Shown here: one piece after another, positions 1 through 10,531 of the stretch
Layout: each line of letters begins with the position of its first letter
Numbering within the stretch: the stretch's first letter is position 1
Sequence record: DRR723986_6594
DNA: 63,514 bases
Direction: 5' to 3' (one strand)
Made by a program: the position numbers and the translations under genes
Notes under the pieces: model-generated
The model's database searches: none
Told to the model about the DNA's origin: nothing
Seen by the model: the letters and a program-made list of their open reading frames with translations, nothing else

Positions 1-1218
1 ATTTATGCTTTGGTAAGATTTTTTTATGGCCTCTTCGTAACTACTTCCGTAAGAGGTCACGGCCAAAACACGGCCGCCAGAAGTTACAATTTTATCGTTT
101 TCTGATTTTGTACCAGCATGAAAAACTATAGACTCAGATACGTTTTCTAGTCCTAATATTTCTTTGCCTTTTTTATAAGCCTCTGGATAACCACCTGAGA
201 CCAACATAACAGTCGTTGCAGCGCGACTATCTATATCAATGTCTACTTGTGATAAAGATTGGTTTGACATTGCTTGAAAAATTTCCATAATGTCTGTTTT
301 AAGCCTAGGAAGTACGACTTCAGTTTCAGGATCACCCATTCTTACATTATACTCTATAACCTTTGGATCATCACCCACTTTAATAAGACCAATAAAAATA
401 AACCCAACATATGGTAAGTTATCTTTTATTAATCCTGCAACCGTTGGTTTCACTATACGGTTTTCAATTTTATCTAGGAATTCTTTGGTCGCAAAAGGTA
501 CAGGAGATACTGCACCCATACCGCCTGTATTCAACCCTGTATCACCTTCACCTATGCGTTTATAGTCTTTAGCTGTAGGTAGTATTTTATAATCTTTACC
601 GTCAGTAAGCACAAAGCAACTTAATTCTATACCATCCAAGAATTCTTCTATCACCACTTTAGTGCTTGCCTCACCAAATTTTGCATTAACCAACATATTT
701 TTTAATTCGGTTTTTGCTTCATTTAAATCATTTAATATCAAAACACCCTTTCCGGCTGCAAGCCCATCTGCTTTCAAAACGTAAGGCGGTTTTAAAGTTT
801 CTAAAAACTTATAGCCTTCTTCTACATTGTCCTTAGTGAAACTCTCATATGCTGCAGTTGGAATATTATGACGCATCATAAATTCTTTAGCAAACTCTTT
901 ACTGCCCTCTAACTCTGCTGCTGCTTTTTGAGGCCCGATAACTGCCACATTGTTTAAATCTGAATCGTTTAAAAAGAAATCGTGTATACCTTGTACTAAA
1001 GGGTCTTCAGGACCAACAATGACCATGTCAATTTTGTTAGTAACTACCGCACTTTTAATAGCTTCAAAATCTGTAACTCCTATATCTAAATTTGTAGCTA
1101 GAGCCTTAGTACCCGAATTTCCTGGTGCCACAAAAAGTTTTGAGCAATGTTTGCTTTGAGCAATTTTCCATGCAAAGGTATGTTCTCTTCCACCAGAACC
1201 GAGTACTAAAATATTCAT
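1..1218 (-). CDS. purD: Phosphoribosylamine--glycine ligase (3' end truncated by window edge)
   Basis: Not in ORF track. Minus strand from ATG at 1218 reads MNILVLGSGGREHTFAWKIAQSKHCSKLFVAPGNSGT, with later KADGLAAGKGV and NTGGMGAVSP motifs; frame is open to base 1. Confidence 0.96.
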   Translation of the reverse strand, partial: MNILVLGSGGREHTFAWKIAQSKHCSKLFVAPGNSGTKALATNLDIGVTDFEAIKSAVVTNKIDMVIVGPEDPLVQGIHDFFLNDSDLNNVAVIGPQKAAAELEGSKEFAKEFMMRHNIPTAAYESFTKDNVEEGYKFLETLKPPYVLKADGLAAGKGVLILNDLNEAKTELKNMLVNAKFGEASTKVVIEEFLDGIELSCFVLTDGKDYKILPTAKDYKRIGEGDTGLNTGGMGAVSPVPFATKEFLDKIENRIVKPTVAGLIKDNLPYVGFIFIGLIKVGDDPKVIEYNVRMGDPETEVVLPRLKTDIMEIFQAMSNQSLSQVDIDIDSRAATTVMLVSGGYPEAYKKGKEILGLENVSESIVFHAGTKSENDKIVTSGGRVLAVTSYGSSYEEAIKKSYQSIN

Positions 1219-1235
1219 GCTTAAATTTGTTTGAG

Positions 1236-1243
1236 CAAAAATA
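1236..1243 (-). promoter_or_regulatory. Bacteroidota -7 promoter element (TATTTTTG) for purD
   Basis: Matches TAnnTTTG, 17 nt upstream of the purD ATG. Confidence 0.6.
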
Positions 1244-1301
1244 ATTGGTTTTAAGTTGAAAAAACAATTAATTTACAGAAACCTTAATTGCTCTATAAAT
1301 C

Positions 1302-2609
1302 TTGAAACTTTTTGATTTTTCATTAAAAATAAATGGCTTTGACATTGACAAGGCAAAAATGGAACTATCTAAAATTCAAGAAAAAGATGATCTGGCATTT
1401 TCAAGGTATATCATGGATCAAAAAAAAGAGATTTTATCCCATCATCTGCAACATAATCCATTTTATAAATCGTTAGGAAAATCAATCGATATACATGATT
1501 GGGATTCAGTTCCTATTCTTACAAAACGGAATTTACAACAACCTATTTCACAACGCCTAAGTACAGGCTTTACACCTAAGAATGTTTATCTCAACAAAAC
1601 ATCTGGCAGCTCTGGAGATCCTTTTGTGTTTGCAAAGGATAAATGGTGTCACGCCATGACATGGGCAGAAATTATGGATCGTTTTTCTTGGTACAATATT
1701 GATTTCAACACCTCTAAACAAGCACGATTCTATGGCATCCCTCTAGATAAAAAAGGATATTATAAAGAGCGACTAAAAGATTGGTTTAGCAATAGATACC
1801 GGTTTTCTGTTTTTGATTTAAATGATCAAGCTTTTGAAAAAGTTTTAGATAAATTTAATAGCACATCTTTTGACTTTATAAATGGCTACACCAGTCCAAT
1901 CGTTCAGTTTGCTAAATTTTTAAATAGGCGCAATATTATTTTAAAAGAAATCTGTCCTTCACTAAAAGTTTGTATTGTAACCTCTGAAATGTTATATGAT
2001 GACGATAGGGCTTTGATGCAAAGACAATTTGGCGTGCCATTAGTTAATGAATATGGTGCGTCTGAATTAGATTTAATTGCTTTTGAAAATAAAAACAATC
2101 TATGGCAAGCCAATAGTGAAACTCTATATATTGAAATACTTGATGAAAATAACAACGTATTGCAATATGGTGAAGAGGGCCGAATTGTAATTACCTCTTT
2201 TTATAATAAGGCACACCCTTTTATTCGATATGATATAGGTGACATAGGCTCTTTATCTAAGAAAAGTACAGAGCGCTTACCTATATTTGATAACCTTACA
2301 GGCAGAACTAATGATATTGCCATTTTGCCCAGTGGTAAAAAAGCCGCTGGATTAACGTTCTATTACATAACTAAAAGTATCATTGAGGATGATGGCAATG
2401 TTACAGAATTTGTAATTGAACAAACGACCTTAAATCATTTTAAAATATATTATGTTAGTTTAATAGAGCTGATGCCTGATAAAAAGGAACTAATCATTGA
2501 GGAGATGGAGCATTATTTAGAGTCAGGAATTGAGGTTAGTTTCCACAAAGAAGACAAATTAATTAGAAGTAAATCAGGTAAATTAAAACAGTTTATCTCT
2601 CGTTTGTAG
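1302..2609 (+). CDS. Phenylacetate--CoA ligase / CapK-family adenylate-forming enzyme
   Basis: ANL-superfamily motifs KTSGSSG, NEYGASE, IRYDIGD and GR; TTG start; lies at the end of the glycan locus, convergent with it. Confidence 0.8.
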   Translation: MKLFDFSLKINGFDIDKAKMELSKIQEKDDLAFSRYIMDQKKEILSHHLQHNPFYKSLGKSIDIHDWDSVPILTKRNLQQPISQRLSTGFTPKNVYLNKTSGSSGDPFVFAKDKWCHAMTWAEIMDRFSWYNIDFNTSKQARFYGIPLDKKGYYKERLKDWFSNRYRFSVFDLNDQAFEKVLDKFNSTSFDFINGYTSPIVQFAKFLNRRNIILKEICPSLKVCIVTSEMLYDDDRALMQRQFGVPLVNEYGASELDLIAFENKNNLWQANSETLYIEILDENNNVLQYGEEGRIVITSFYNKAHPFIRYDIGDIGSLSKKSTERLPIFDNLTGRTNDIAILPSGKKAAGLTFYYITKSIIEDDGNVTEFVIEQTTLNHFKIYYVSLIELMPDKKELIIEEMEHYLESGIEVSFHKEDKLIRSKSGKLKQFISRL

Positions 2610-3372
2610 TTTTTATAAGCCGTTGCTTTATAATGAGATGCTCATAAAAAAATTGCAACATCAGAAATACTGATTTAAAAAAAGAAAATCCTAAACCTAT
2701 TCTGTAGACATTAAAGTTGTGCCTAATTAAATTGGTTTTATTAGATGATAAAGAGCATTCTGAAATGCGATAATATGCAATTGTTTCTTCAATGCCAATC
2801 GCAGGGTTTTCACTTCTTTTTAAAGCTTCTAGCCACAGTAACCAATCTTGTCTTTTTTTCAAATCTTTAGTATATATTTTACCTATTCTATCTGAGTTAT
2901 ATATACCTGTGAGATTACCAATATAATTTGCTTTGAGTAATTTATTATAGCTCAACTTAGGGAGTGCATAAACCTTTTTATTAAGTGATTTTCCCGCGGA
3001 ATCCATATGCTCATAACTACCAAAACAAACGTCTGTAATGTTAGAATCTAAAAGCTTTACTTGTTTTTCTAGTTTGTGTTTTTCCCAAATATCATCTGAG
3101 TCTAAGAAGGCAATATAATTACCTTTCGCATTTTTAGTGCCTAAATTTCTTGCTTCGGCAGCACCTCTATTTGTGTTTTGTAGAATAAGATGTATCCTGT
3201 TATCCATAGTTTGCATAGACTCCACAATACTTGTTGTTTTATCATTAGAGGCATCATCTACTAAGATAAGTTCCCAGTTTTGATAAGACTGACTTAATAC
3301 ACTTTCTATGATTTCTTTAATAACAGCTTGGTTATTATACATTGGTGTTATTATAGAAACTAATGGTTGCAT
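2593..3372 (-). CDS. Glycosyltransferase family 2
   Basis: VSIITPMYN, LVDDASND, GAAEARNLG and FLDSDD motifs. Confidence 0.9.
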   Translation of the reverse strand: MQPLVSIITPMYNNQAVIKEIIESVLSQSYQNWELILVDDASNDKTTSIVESMQTMDNRIHLILQNTNRGAAEARNLGTKNAKGNYIAFLDSDDIWEKHKLEKQVKLLDSNITDVCFGSYEHMDSAGKSLNKKVYALPKLSYNKLLKANYIGNLTGIYNSDRIGKIYTKDLKKRQDWLLWLEALKRSENPAIGIEETIAYYRISECSLSSNKTNLIRHNFNVYRIGLGFSFFKSVFLMLQFFYEHLIIKQRLIKTTNER

Positions 3373-3376
3373 TTAT

Positions 3377-4732
3377 TTAATAGGCTTTATCTTCTCCTTT
3401 AAAAATATTGGTAAATGTCTGAAAAATAATTTTTAAATCTAACAGTAACGACCAATTCTCAATATAGAAAATGTCATATTTAACCCGACCAATAATATCT
3501 TTATCTGTTTCAACCTCTCCTCTAAAACCACTTGTTTGAGCTAATCCTGTAATCCCGGGTTTTACAAAATGACGTACCATAAATTTGTCAATACGTTTGG
3601 CATACATATCAGTATGACTTACCATATGTGGTCTTGGGCCAACTACTGACATACTACCAAATAATACATTAAAAAACTGCGGCAACTCATCAATACTGGT
3701 TTTTCTAATAAATTTACCTATTTTAGTTACCCTTTGATCATTTTTTGTAGCTTGATATAGGTGGGCTTTCTCATTTGGAGTCATTGATCGAAACTTATAA
3801 CAATCAAATTCCCTGTAATTAAAACCATTTCTTGATTGCTTAAAAAATACTGGCCCTTTAGACTCTAACTTTATCAATATAGCAATTAACGGTGTTAACC
3901 AAGATAGAATAAAAACAATAACTAAGATAGAAAATATAATATCAAAGCTACGTTTAATAATGGTGTTTACAGAATCTTCTAACGGAATTGTTCTTAAGGT
4001 TAGGATTGGAATGTAATCGTAATACTCATATCGAAGCCTTTTTGAATAAATCTCCCTGCTATCTGGTATAAACTTTAAAATCTTAAGGTTATTATCGGCA
4101 AAATCTACAATGTCTGCAATCTGAGAATTGGTGATTTCAGAGATAGAACAATATATCTCGTCTACTTTCTCATTCAAAATATATTCAAAACACTCATTAA
4201 GAGCATTCTCTTTATTATTAAAGTTAAAGGTCTTCTTATGTAAATAGCCATATTCAGGGTTTTTATTGAAAAAATTCTCTAAAGCTAATGTCTTTTTGTT
4301 TAAACCTACAATTACTGTTGACCTATAATTTCCACCAAATGAAACCCTATATTTCTGTAATAAATAATAAACTGTAAATTTTAAAATAGTTATGAATAAA
4401 AAGCATGCTAAAGTATATTTAACTATTGGTCTAGGATATATTTTCATCTCATGGTAAAGTCCAGAGAATGCAAATACAAAAAGTAAAAATAGAATTGATT
4501 GTTTTAATAATAGAGATAAAATATTTATTGGCCTTGTATACCTATATACCTCATAAAACTTAGAATAAACAGATAATAAAACCCATCCAATTGATATAAA
4601 TATTGCAAAAACAAGTAGGTCTTTAGCATGTAACAAATAAAGAATAGCCACAACATTAATGACACTTAAGTCAATTAAGTATGAAATAGGTCTTAAGTAG
4701 CCTGAATATCTTCCGTGTTTAAATAAGCTCAA
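3377..4732 (-). CDS. Undecaprenyl-phosphate glucose phosphotransferase (WcaJ-like priming transferase)
   Basis: N-terminal TM segments plus bacterial sugar transferase domain (KFRSM, SIDELPQFFNV, SVVGPRP, KPGITGLAQ, YIENWS). Confidence 0.9.
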   Translation of the reverse strand: MSLFKHGRYSGYLRPISYLIDLSVINVVAILYLLHAKDLLVFAIFISIGWVLLSVYSKFYEVYRYTRPINILSLLLKQSILFLLFVFAFSGLYHEMKIYPRPIVKYTLACFLFITILKFTVYYLLQKYRVSFGGNYRSTVIVGLNKKTLALENFFNKNPEYGYLHKKTFNFNNKENALNECFEYILNEKVDEIYCSISEITNSQIADIVDFADNNLKILKFIPDSREIYSKRLRYEYYDYIPILTLRTIPLEDSVNTIIKRSFDIIFSILVIVFILSWLTPLIAILIKLESKGPVFFKQSRNGFNYREFDCYKFRSMTPNEKAHLYQATKNDQRVTKIGKFIRKTSIDELPQFFNVLFGSMSVVGPRPHMVSHTDMYAKRIDKFMVRHFVKPGITGLAQTSGFRGEVETDKDIIGRVKYDIFYIENWSLLLDLKIIFQTFTNIFKGEDKAY

Positions 4733-5107
4733 ATTACTCTTCTATATTGAAATTAATCCATGTAAAACAGGAATTTAAGTTGATTTAATTTATAAACCAA
4801 AAAAGTGACTTTAATTCCTTAAAAAAAATAAAAACGCGATTTGCTTTACTTTGTGATATAAAAATACCCAATACTTTCTTTTAACGGTTCACCTATGACA
4901 TTTAATAACATAGAGTCTCTGAAATAATCTGCAATGACTAATATATATATTAAACGAGGAAGTCTATTTGCATCTTGTGGCAAGGCTAAAACTAAAAATA
5001 TTACAAAAACTCAAATCCTTTGCTAATGAGAGGTATTAAATTTTAATCCAAAAGCTTTAATATTTTACTCAAAAACAACACCTGAATTAGTATGTCTGCT
5101 TACATTA

Positions 5108-6379
5108 TTAGTAATTAGAGAGTTTTTTGGTTTTACTCTTTATTACTTCTTTTATTTTGGGAAAATCTGTTCTTTGAAATATGCAATTCATAACCACAAA
5201 CAAAAACACGCCTCTATGTACCCACAAAAAAGATTCAGTAATGAAAATCATTACCATTAAAAAATAAAACATGAGCATAAAAAAAGACTTTGCTTTAAAA
5301 GATTTCTTAAATCCTAGGCCTAAAATCACTAATAGTGTTAACAGCCCAAATATTCCTAACTCTGAAAGAATCTGAGCATACATATTATGATAATTATACC
5401 TATGATAACCATAATATGTGTTAAAAGCAAGGTGTCTTTTGCTTAAATTTTTTCTAGATGCAAATAAACCAAATCCTTTCCAAAAAATCCCATCTTCTTC
5501 AATTTGTTCTTTTAAATTTCTTAGTTGAAGTAACCTAATAGATGTTCCTGTCCATGGATAGACCCTATTAAACTTTTCTCTATTAATAACTTCTTCAAGA
5601 TTAGTCGTGGATTCAATAAGTATTCGGTTTACAATTTCACTAGACGCAAATGAAAGCACCACAATTGTAACTAAAAGCACTCCTATTGTTTTTTTAGATT
5701 TTAAAGCTCGTATCCCTTTATAAATAAAAAAGTATATAAGGTTCCCTAAAAGAAAAACAGCAATTGTGGATTTTGATGATAATAATAAAATAAGTACTCC
5801 TAAAAATAAAAGACCAAAATAATCAAAACGTTTTTTTATTTGTTTAGACAGTAAAAAGAAGTAGCTTAATGTATAAAACACCGAAACATAAATAGCATTA
5901 AGATCTAAAACCTGAACAAAATCATGGTATGTAAACACCGTCGCATTTCCATTCTTAAAATAGTTTACAAATGCCAGTACTAAGAAAAAGAAGCCTAATA
6001 AAATGTTAGATGTAGTAAATCCATTTAGAACAGTTTGAAATGATCTAAATGTAAATCTTGGAATAATACTGAATATTAGAGGTAATAACACAAACAAAAA
6101 AAGTCTTCCTAATCCTTTTAGTGTCAGTTCTTGGTCAACTGTCCAAAAATAAGATGCACAACACAACACATAAAGTAACATACATAGTGATAGTAAAGGT
6201 GTTAATTCAAACTTAATTTTGTTTTTTAATGCATATCGAATCGCAAACAAACAAAATAAAACCATGGCAATACTACTTGGCGCATAACCTACTAAAAGTG
6301 TTGAAAGTGTTAACGCAAGTAAGTAATTTAAAAAATCCTTGTGATTAACGACAGATTCTATTTTACTTTTTACATTCAT
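5108..6379 (-). CDS. O-antigen ligase / Wzy_C family membrane protein
   Basis: About 12 hydrophobic segments, LSSKS motif, periplasmic loop with SIRL and HNMYAQILSELGIFG. Confidence 0.78.
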   Translation of the reverse strand: MNVKSKIESVVNHKDFLNYLLALTLSTLLVGYAPSSIAMVLFCLFAIRYALKNKIKFELTPLLSLCMLLYVLCCASYFWTVDQELTLKGLGRLFLFVLLPLIFSIIPRFTFRSFQTVLNGFTTSNILLGFFFLVLAFVNYFKNGNATVFTYHDFVQVLDLNAIYVSVFYTLSYFFLLSKQIKKRFDYFGLLFLGVLILLLSSKSTIAVFLLGNLIYFFIYKGIRALKSKKTIGVLLVTIVVLSFASSEIVNRILIESTTNLEEVINREKFNRVYPWTGTSIRLLQLRNLKEQIEEDGIFWKGFGLFASRKNLSKRHLAFNTYYGYHRYNYHNMYAQILSELGIFGLLTLLVILGLGFKKSFKAKSFFMLMFYFLMVMIFITESFLWVHRGVFLFVVMNCIFQRTDFPKIKEVIKSKTKKLSNY

Positions 6380-7469
6380 AAAAAAAGTTTAAATATGCTT
6401 TATTTATAATATCCCAACTAAAATATTTCTCAATATCATTAAAACAGTTTTCAACCATATCTAAATGCTCTGTTTTAGAAAGATTATCTAAATATTCTTG
6501 AACCTCATTTACGGTTTTAAAATAAAAGGCGTTGTTTTTTAAAATTGACTTATTAAAATGATTATCATTGGCGATAATGAATGCTTTTGAAGACATCGCC
6601 TCTAGCAATGATGGATTTGTTCCTCCAACTGAGTGTCCATGAAAATATAAATTTGAATAATACCTTAGGTTATTGAGAGTGTTTAAATTGTATATCCCTC
6701 CAACAAAGTGAATATTTTTATGGTCTTTAAATTTATTTTTTAAGTATTTACCAAAGTTATTTACATCGTGTTTACCAACAACTAAAAATGGCGTCTTGTT
6801 TTTTGATGAAGCAACCCCATCCAAAATCGTTTCAATATTGTTTTCTGGCTCTAGACGAGCAATAAGCATATTGTATGTGTAAGGTTTTAAATTATATTCT
6901 AATAGAACCTTTGCATCAGGATTATTAAATTGCTCTGCTCCGTAAGCGATATATTTTGAATCGACTTCGTATGTTTTTGTTAAATAATCTTGAATTCCTA
7001 TAGAGTCGGCCACTAGGTAATCACTTGATTTAACTCCGAGTCTTTCGGCATATTTTAAAAACTTTTGAACTTTTTTAGAGTATTTTGAACGCTTCCATTC
7101 TAGCCCATCCATGTTAGTGATTACAGTCGCTTTTTTTGGTAGTAATTTATACCAAATGGTACTACTCGTGTAGCCTAATTGAAGCAAAATATCAAAGTTT
7201 CTTTTTCTTGAATCTAAAATGCAATTAAAGTCATAAACAAATTGGCCAGCTGTTCCAATTTTGTTTTCTAGGTCAATACAATGAATGATGTTTACTCCTT
7301 TAAAGTTTTTCTCTTTGTAAGGATGTGTGCTTGAATTATAAACGTAAACTTCATGGTTATGTTGAGCGAGATACACCGAAAAGAATTCGGCAAATTGTTC
7401 AAACCCTCCATGATAATTGGGAATACCTCTAGTTCCAAGAATTGCAATTTTCAATTTATTACTTGTCAT
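6363..7469 (-). CDS. GT4 glycosyltransferase with DUF1972 (rhamnosyltransferase-like)
   Basis: IAILGTRGIPNYHGGFE, NMDGLEWKRSK and HGHSVGGTNPSLLEAM motifs, typical of RgpA/WchF-like enzymes. Confidence 0.85.
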   Translation of the reverse strand: MTSNKLKIAILGTRGIPNYHGGFEQFAEFFSVYLAQHNHEVYVYNSSTHPYKEKNFKGVNIIHCIDLENKIGTAGQFVYDFNCILDSRKRNFDILLQLGYTSSTIWYKLLPKKATVITNMDGLEWKRSKYSKKVQKFLKYAERLGVKSSDYLVADSIGIQDYLTKTYEVDSKYIAYGAEQFNNPDAKVLLEYNLKPYTYNMLIARLEPENNIETILDGVASSKNKTPFLVVGKHDVNNFGKYLKNKFKDHKNIHFVGGIYNLNTLNNLRYYSNLYFHGHSVGGTNPSLLEAMSSKAFIIANDNHFNKSILKNNAFYFKTVNEVQEYLDNLSKTEHLDMVENCFNDIEKYFSWDIINKAYLNFFYECKK

Positions 7470-8586
7470 TCAATATTAAATTTAACAACCTGTTTGCCGT
7501 GTTCTCCCAATTATATTTTTCTCTGATTTTATCTGATACTTTTTTCAAAAAAACAGTGTCATTCTCTCTCTTAATTACCTCTTTAATCTTTAATCTTATA
7601 TTTTTCTCATCTCTTGCGTCAAATAAATTATCTTCAAAAAAACTAAAATCTTTCATTGCTGAAGAATTAGAACAGATTGTTGGGGTTTGTAAAGCGCCAC
7701 TCTCTATTGGAGGGATTCCAAATCCTTCACAGAGAGACGGAAAAATAGCAAGGCTTGCAGCATTATAAAAAACAACTAATTCATCGTTTGAAACATTATT
7801 GAATTCAATAACACCACCTTTAGATACAGAATTAACCTCTTCAATTAAACAATCCAATTTATTGTCCTTAAAACTTCGTTTACCGATTAAAACCAAATGA
7901 ATATTATTTTGCCAAAGTTTTAGTTTTTGATAAGCTTTAATCAATCTAAAATGATTTTTTCTTGGTTCAATTCTACTCACGTAAATAATAAATTCATCAA
8001 TACCATATTTCTTCTTAATATAATCCCTGTCATCTCTTTTATTACGTAAAACCTTGAAACTTTCACCTATCGCGTTAGGTAAAACAGTTATTTTTTTATT
8101 TCCAAGATTAAAATTTTCTTTAATTCTATCTGCAGAATATTTAGAAACTGTTGTTAAAAAATCAGCCTTACGTGCTGATCTTTTAAATAAAAAACTATTT
8201 ATTAGTCTATATTTAACTGGGAAATATTTTGGAAAGTCAATAAATAGAACATCGTGAATTGTGACTATATATTTACATTTTCTGTTCAAGAAAAAGGGTA
8301 AATAGTAATTAAAGTGTATATAGTCAAAACTATGTTCGGCTATAATTTTAGGAAGTTCATAGAGTAACCTAATATATTTGTTTCTAAATTTTAATTTAAT
8401 AAACTTAAAATTTGATTGGTCTTTGAATTCTTTTTTTAAATTGTCAATATTGTGGGACGCAAGGTAAATCATCAAATTGTTTGAACTATTAACTGCGTCG
8501 GTACCATAAATCCCCTTTAAAAAAGTTCTTATTCCTTGATGGTTTTCGTCAAATGTGTGGGCGTCCACAAGTAGTTTTAAAGGCAT
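7459..8586 (-). CDS. Glycosyltransferase family 4
   Basis: VTIHD, SRIEPRKN and PSLCEGFGIPPIE (EX7E) motifs. Confidence 0.9.
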   Translation of the reverse strand: MPLKLLVDAHTFDENHQGIRTFLKGIYGTDAVNSSNNLMIYLASHNIDNLKKEFKDQSNFKFIKLKFRNKYIRLLYELPKIIAEHSFDYIHFNYYLPFFLNRKCKYIVTIHDVLFIDFPKYFPVKYRLINSFLFKRSARKADFLTTVSKYSADRIKENFNLGNKKITVLPNAIGESFKVLRNKRDDRDYIKKKYGIDEFIIYVSRIEPRKNHFRLIKAYQKLKLWQNNIHLVLIGKRSFKDNKLDCLIEEVNSVSKGGVIEFNNVSNDELVVFYNAASLAIFPSLCEGFGIPPIESGALQTPTICSNSSAMKDFSFFEDNLFDARDEKNIRLKIKEVIKRENDTVFLKKVSDKIREKYNWENTANRLLNLILNDK

Positions 8587-8590
8587 GAAT

Positions 8591-9838
8591 TTATTTATTA
8601 TAATTAGGTGGTGCTATCTGATTTTTAAATTTATATATTGAAGCCACTAAAGCGCCATACAAAAAAATAGAAAATTCTCCGGGTCTAAAAATACCATTAA
8701 TAACAAAACTATTAACTAGCATATATAGACTTGATGCAATGATGAGTTTGTGCATAAGAGAAATGTTTCTGTCTTTTGTTAATATTTTTTGATGAGCAAA
8801 AAATATGTGAAAAATGAAAAAAACATAGCACATCAAACCCAAAATTCCCGATTTAAATAACACATTAATAAATCCATTGTGAATTGAAGGCACCTTTGTG
8901 AACTTTTTACCATCCAAATTTACATAAGTATCCAACTCAATTTGAGAGCCAAATCCCATCCCAATAATCCAAGCTTTAAATCCATTGCCGTTAACTTGAT
9001 CAATTGCTTTAATTGCTTCATAAGCTCTCCAATGCTCCCACAAAACCCTTCTATCTTTTAAAATGTTTTTGGTGTCAATCGGTTCAAATAACTCTGTAAG
9101 GCTATTCTGGGTTTTATATATAAATGCTTTTAACCCTTTTGAATCTCTATTAGTTTCAATATTTGTAACTATAAATCCAAATGTGGCTATGGTTAAAGCA
9201 AAAGCAAATATAGCTTTGATAAAGCGCTTGTTTAAAAATAAATACCCTTTGTAGCCTAAAAAGTAAATAAACAAAATTATAAACATAGTCCTTGATAAAT
9301 AAAGGACGAAAGAAACCAATAAAACAAATATGATTAATTTTCTATATCTAGTAAATACAGTAACGTATGGAGTGAACCAAAGAAACACGAGAGCTATCGC
9401 TTCGATGTGGTTTTGTTTACCCCCTAAATTTCTTAAATAAATATATGAGTTTATATTATTAATGTTAATTATTATTTTAAATAAATGATTGACAGCAAAA
9501 AATAATGCCACAATAACAAGAGCATTAAAAACATAATTTTTAGTCTTTATTCTTTTAACGGAAAAATATGTTGCAGTTAATATGGTTACTGGTCTAATAA
9601 AATAAATATTATCCTTAAGAAATTCATAAAATGAGTGTTTTAGTTCGTAACTCGAAATAATTCCTATAAACACTATGCTCAAAAGTAAAAGGGAGGATAT
9701 AAGTATGTTAAAAGAGACTGTTTTGGTAATGGATATTAATAATATGAGCACTGAGACCACAAAAGATAATTCAATTGAGTAAAAAGACAAAACAAATATT
9801 AATAGTAATAATGCTGCTTTAAGAATTAACTGAGGCAT
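8591..9838 (-). CDS. Wzy-like polysaccharide polymerase / O-antigen ligase-like membrane protein
   Basis: Polytopic protein with LSRT, G-x-GFG and HNGFINVLFKSGILG motifs, inside the glycan locus. Confidence 0.7.
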   Translation of the reverse strand: MPQLILKAALLLLIFVLSFYSIELSFVVSVLILLISITKTVSFNILISSLLLLSIVFIGIISSYELKHSFYEFLKDNIYFIRPVTILTATYFSVKRIKTKNYVFNALVIVALFFAVNHLFKIIININNINSYIYLRNLGGKQNHIEAIALVFLWFTPYVTVFTRYRKLIIFVLLVSFVLYLSRTMFIILFIYFLGYKGYLFLNKRFIKAIFAFALTIATFGFIVTNIETNRDSKGLKAFIYKTQNSLTELFEPIDTKNILKDRRVLWEHWRAYEAIKAIDQVNGNGFKAWIIGMGFGSQIELDTYVNLDGKKFTKVPSIHNGFINVLFKSGILGLMCYVFFIFHIFFAHQKILTKDRNISLMHKLIIASSLYMLVNSFVINGIFRPGEFSIFLYGALVASIYKFKNQIAPPNYNK

Positions 9839-9889
9839 TTTCTGTTTTTTTATTAATATCTTTCAGATTTTTAATTAATGTTTTAATCC

Positions 9890-10531
9890 ATGAGAATATC
9901 TCACAAAAATAAGTTTATATTTTTTAGCAATCCCAAAACAGGGTCTGAAAGTTTGAGAGAAATGTTGACACCTTACTCTGACATTTTAGATGTTACGTAT
10001 AAAGAGACGACTAAAGAAAACCCCTTTTATTCTCATATAAGCCCATTAGAAGTAAAGAAAATATTTACTGATAAGGGGTTAGACTTTGATGAATATTACA
10101 AAATTGTTTGTACTAGAAACCCATTTAATAGATTAGTGTCTCTGTATGAAATGATTTTTAGAAAATGGCCTGTTAAACCTCCTTTTGACATTTGGCTAAA
10201 ATCTACCAGGACAAAAGGTAAGGGTGGTGGTGGAAAAAACTATGATCGATGGAGAATGTATGGCACTTATTCCTTAAAAAATTATGTTAGTGATGACGAT
10301 GGAATTATTCTTGTTGATAAAATTATTTGCTTAGAAAATTTTAATGAAGAAATCCCTAAACTTTTTGAAGCCTTAAATATTGATTTGCCTACAGATTTTG
10401 AAGTGGTAAAAAAAAATGTTAGAAAAAGGAAAAAAAGTGTGGTCGATTATTATTCAGAAAAGTCAAAAAAAATAATATATAAAAGGTATAAATGGGAGCT
10501 TGAAGAATTTAATTATAGTTTTCCAGAATAG
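9890..10531 (+). CDS. Sulfotransferase (Sulfotransfer_2 / HNK-1-like family)
   Basis: 5'-PSB motif PKTGSESL and 3'-PB motif RNPFNRLVSLY; typical ISHKNKFIF N-terminus. Confidence 0.82.
   Translation: MRISHKNKFIFFSNPKTGSESLREMLTPYSDILDVTYKETTKENPFYSHISPLEVKKIFTDKGLDFDEYYKIVCTRNPFNRLVSLYEMIFRKWPVKPPFDIWLKSTRTKGKGGGGKNYDRWRMYGTYSLKNYVSDDDGIILVDKIICLENFNEEIPKLFEALNIDLPTDFEVVKKNVRKRKKSVVDYYSEKSKKIIYKRYKWELEEFNYSFPE

Noticed and set aside
290-1159. + strand ORFs 290..565 and 950..1159
   Set aside because: Antisense shadows of purD.
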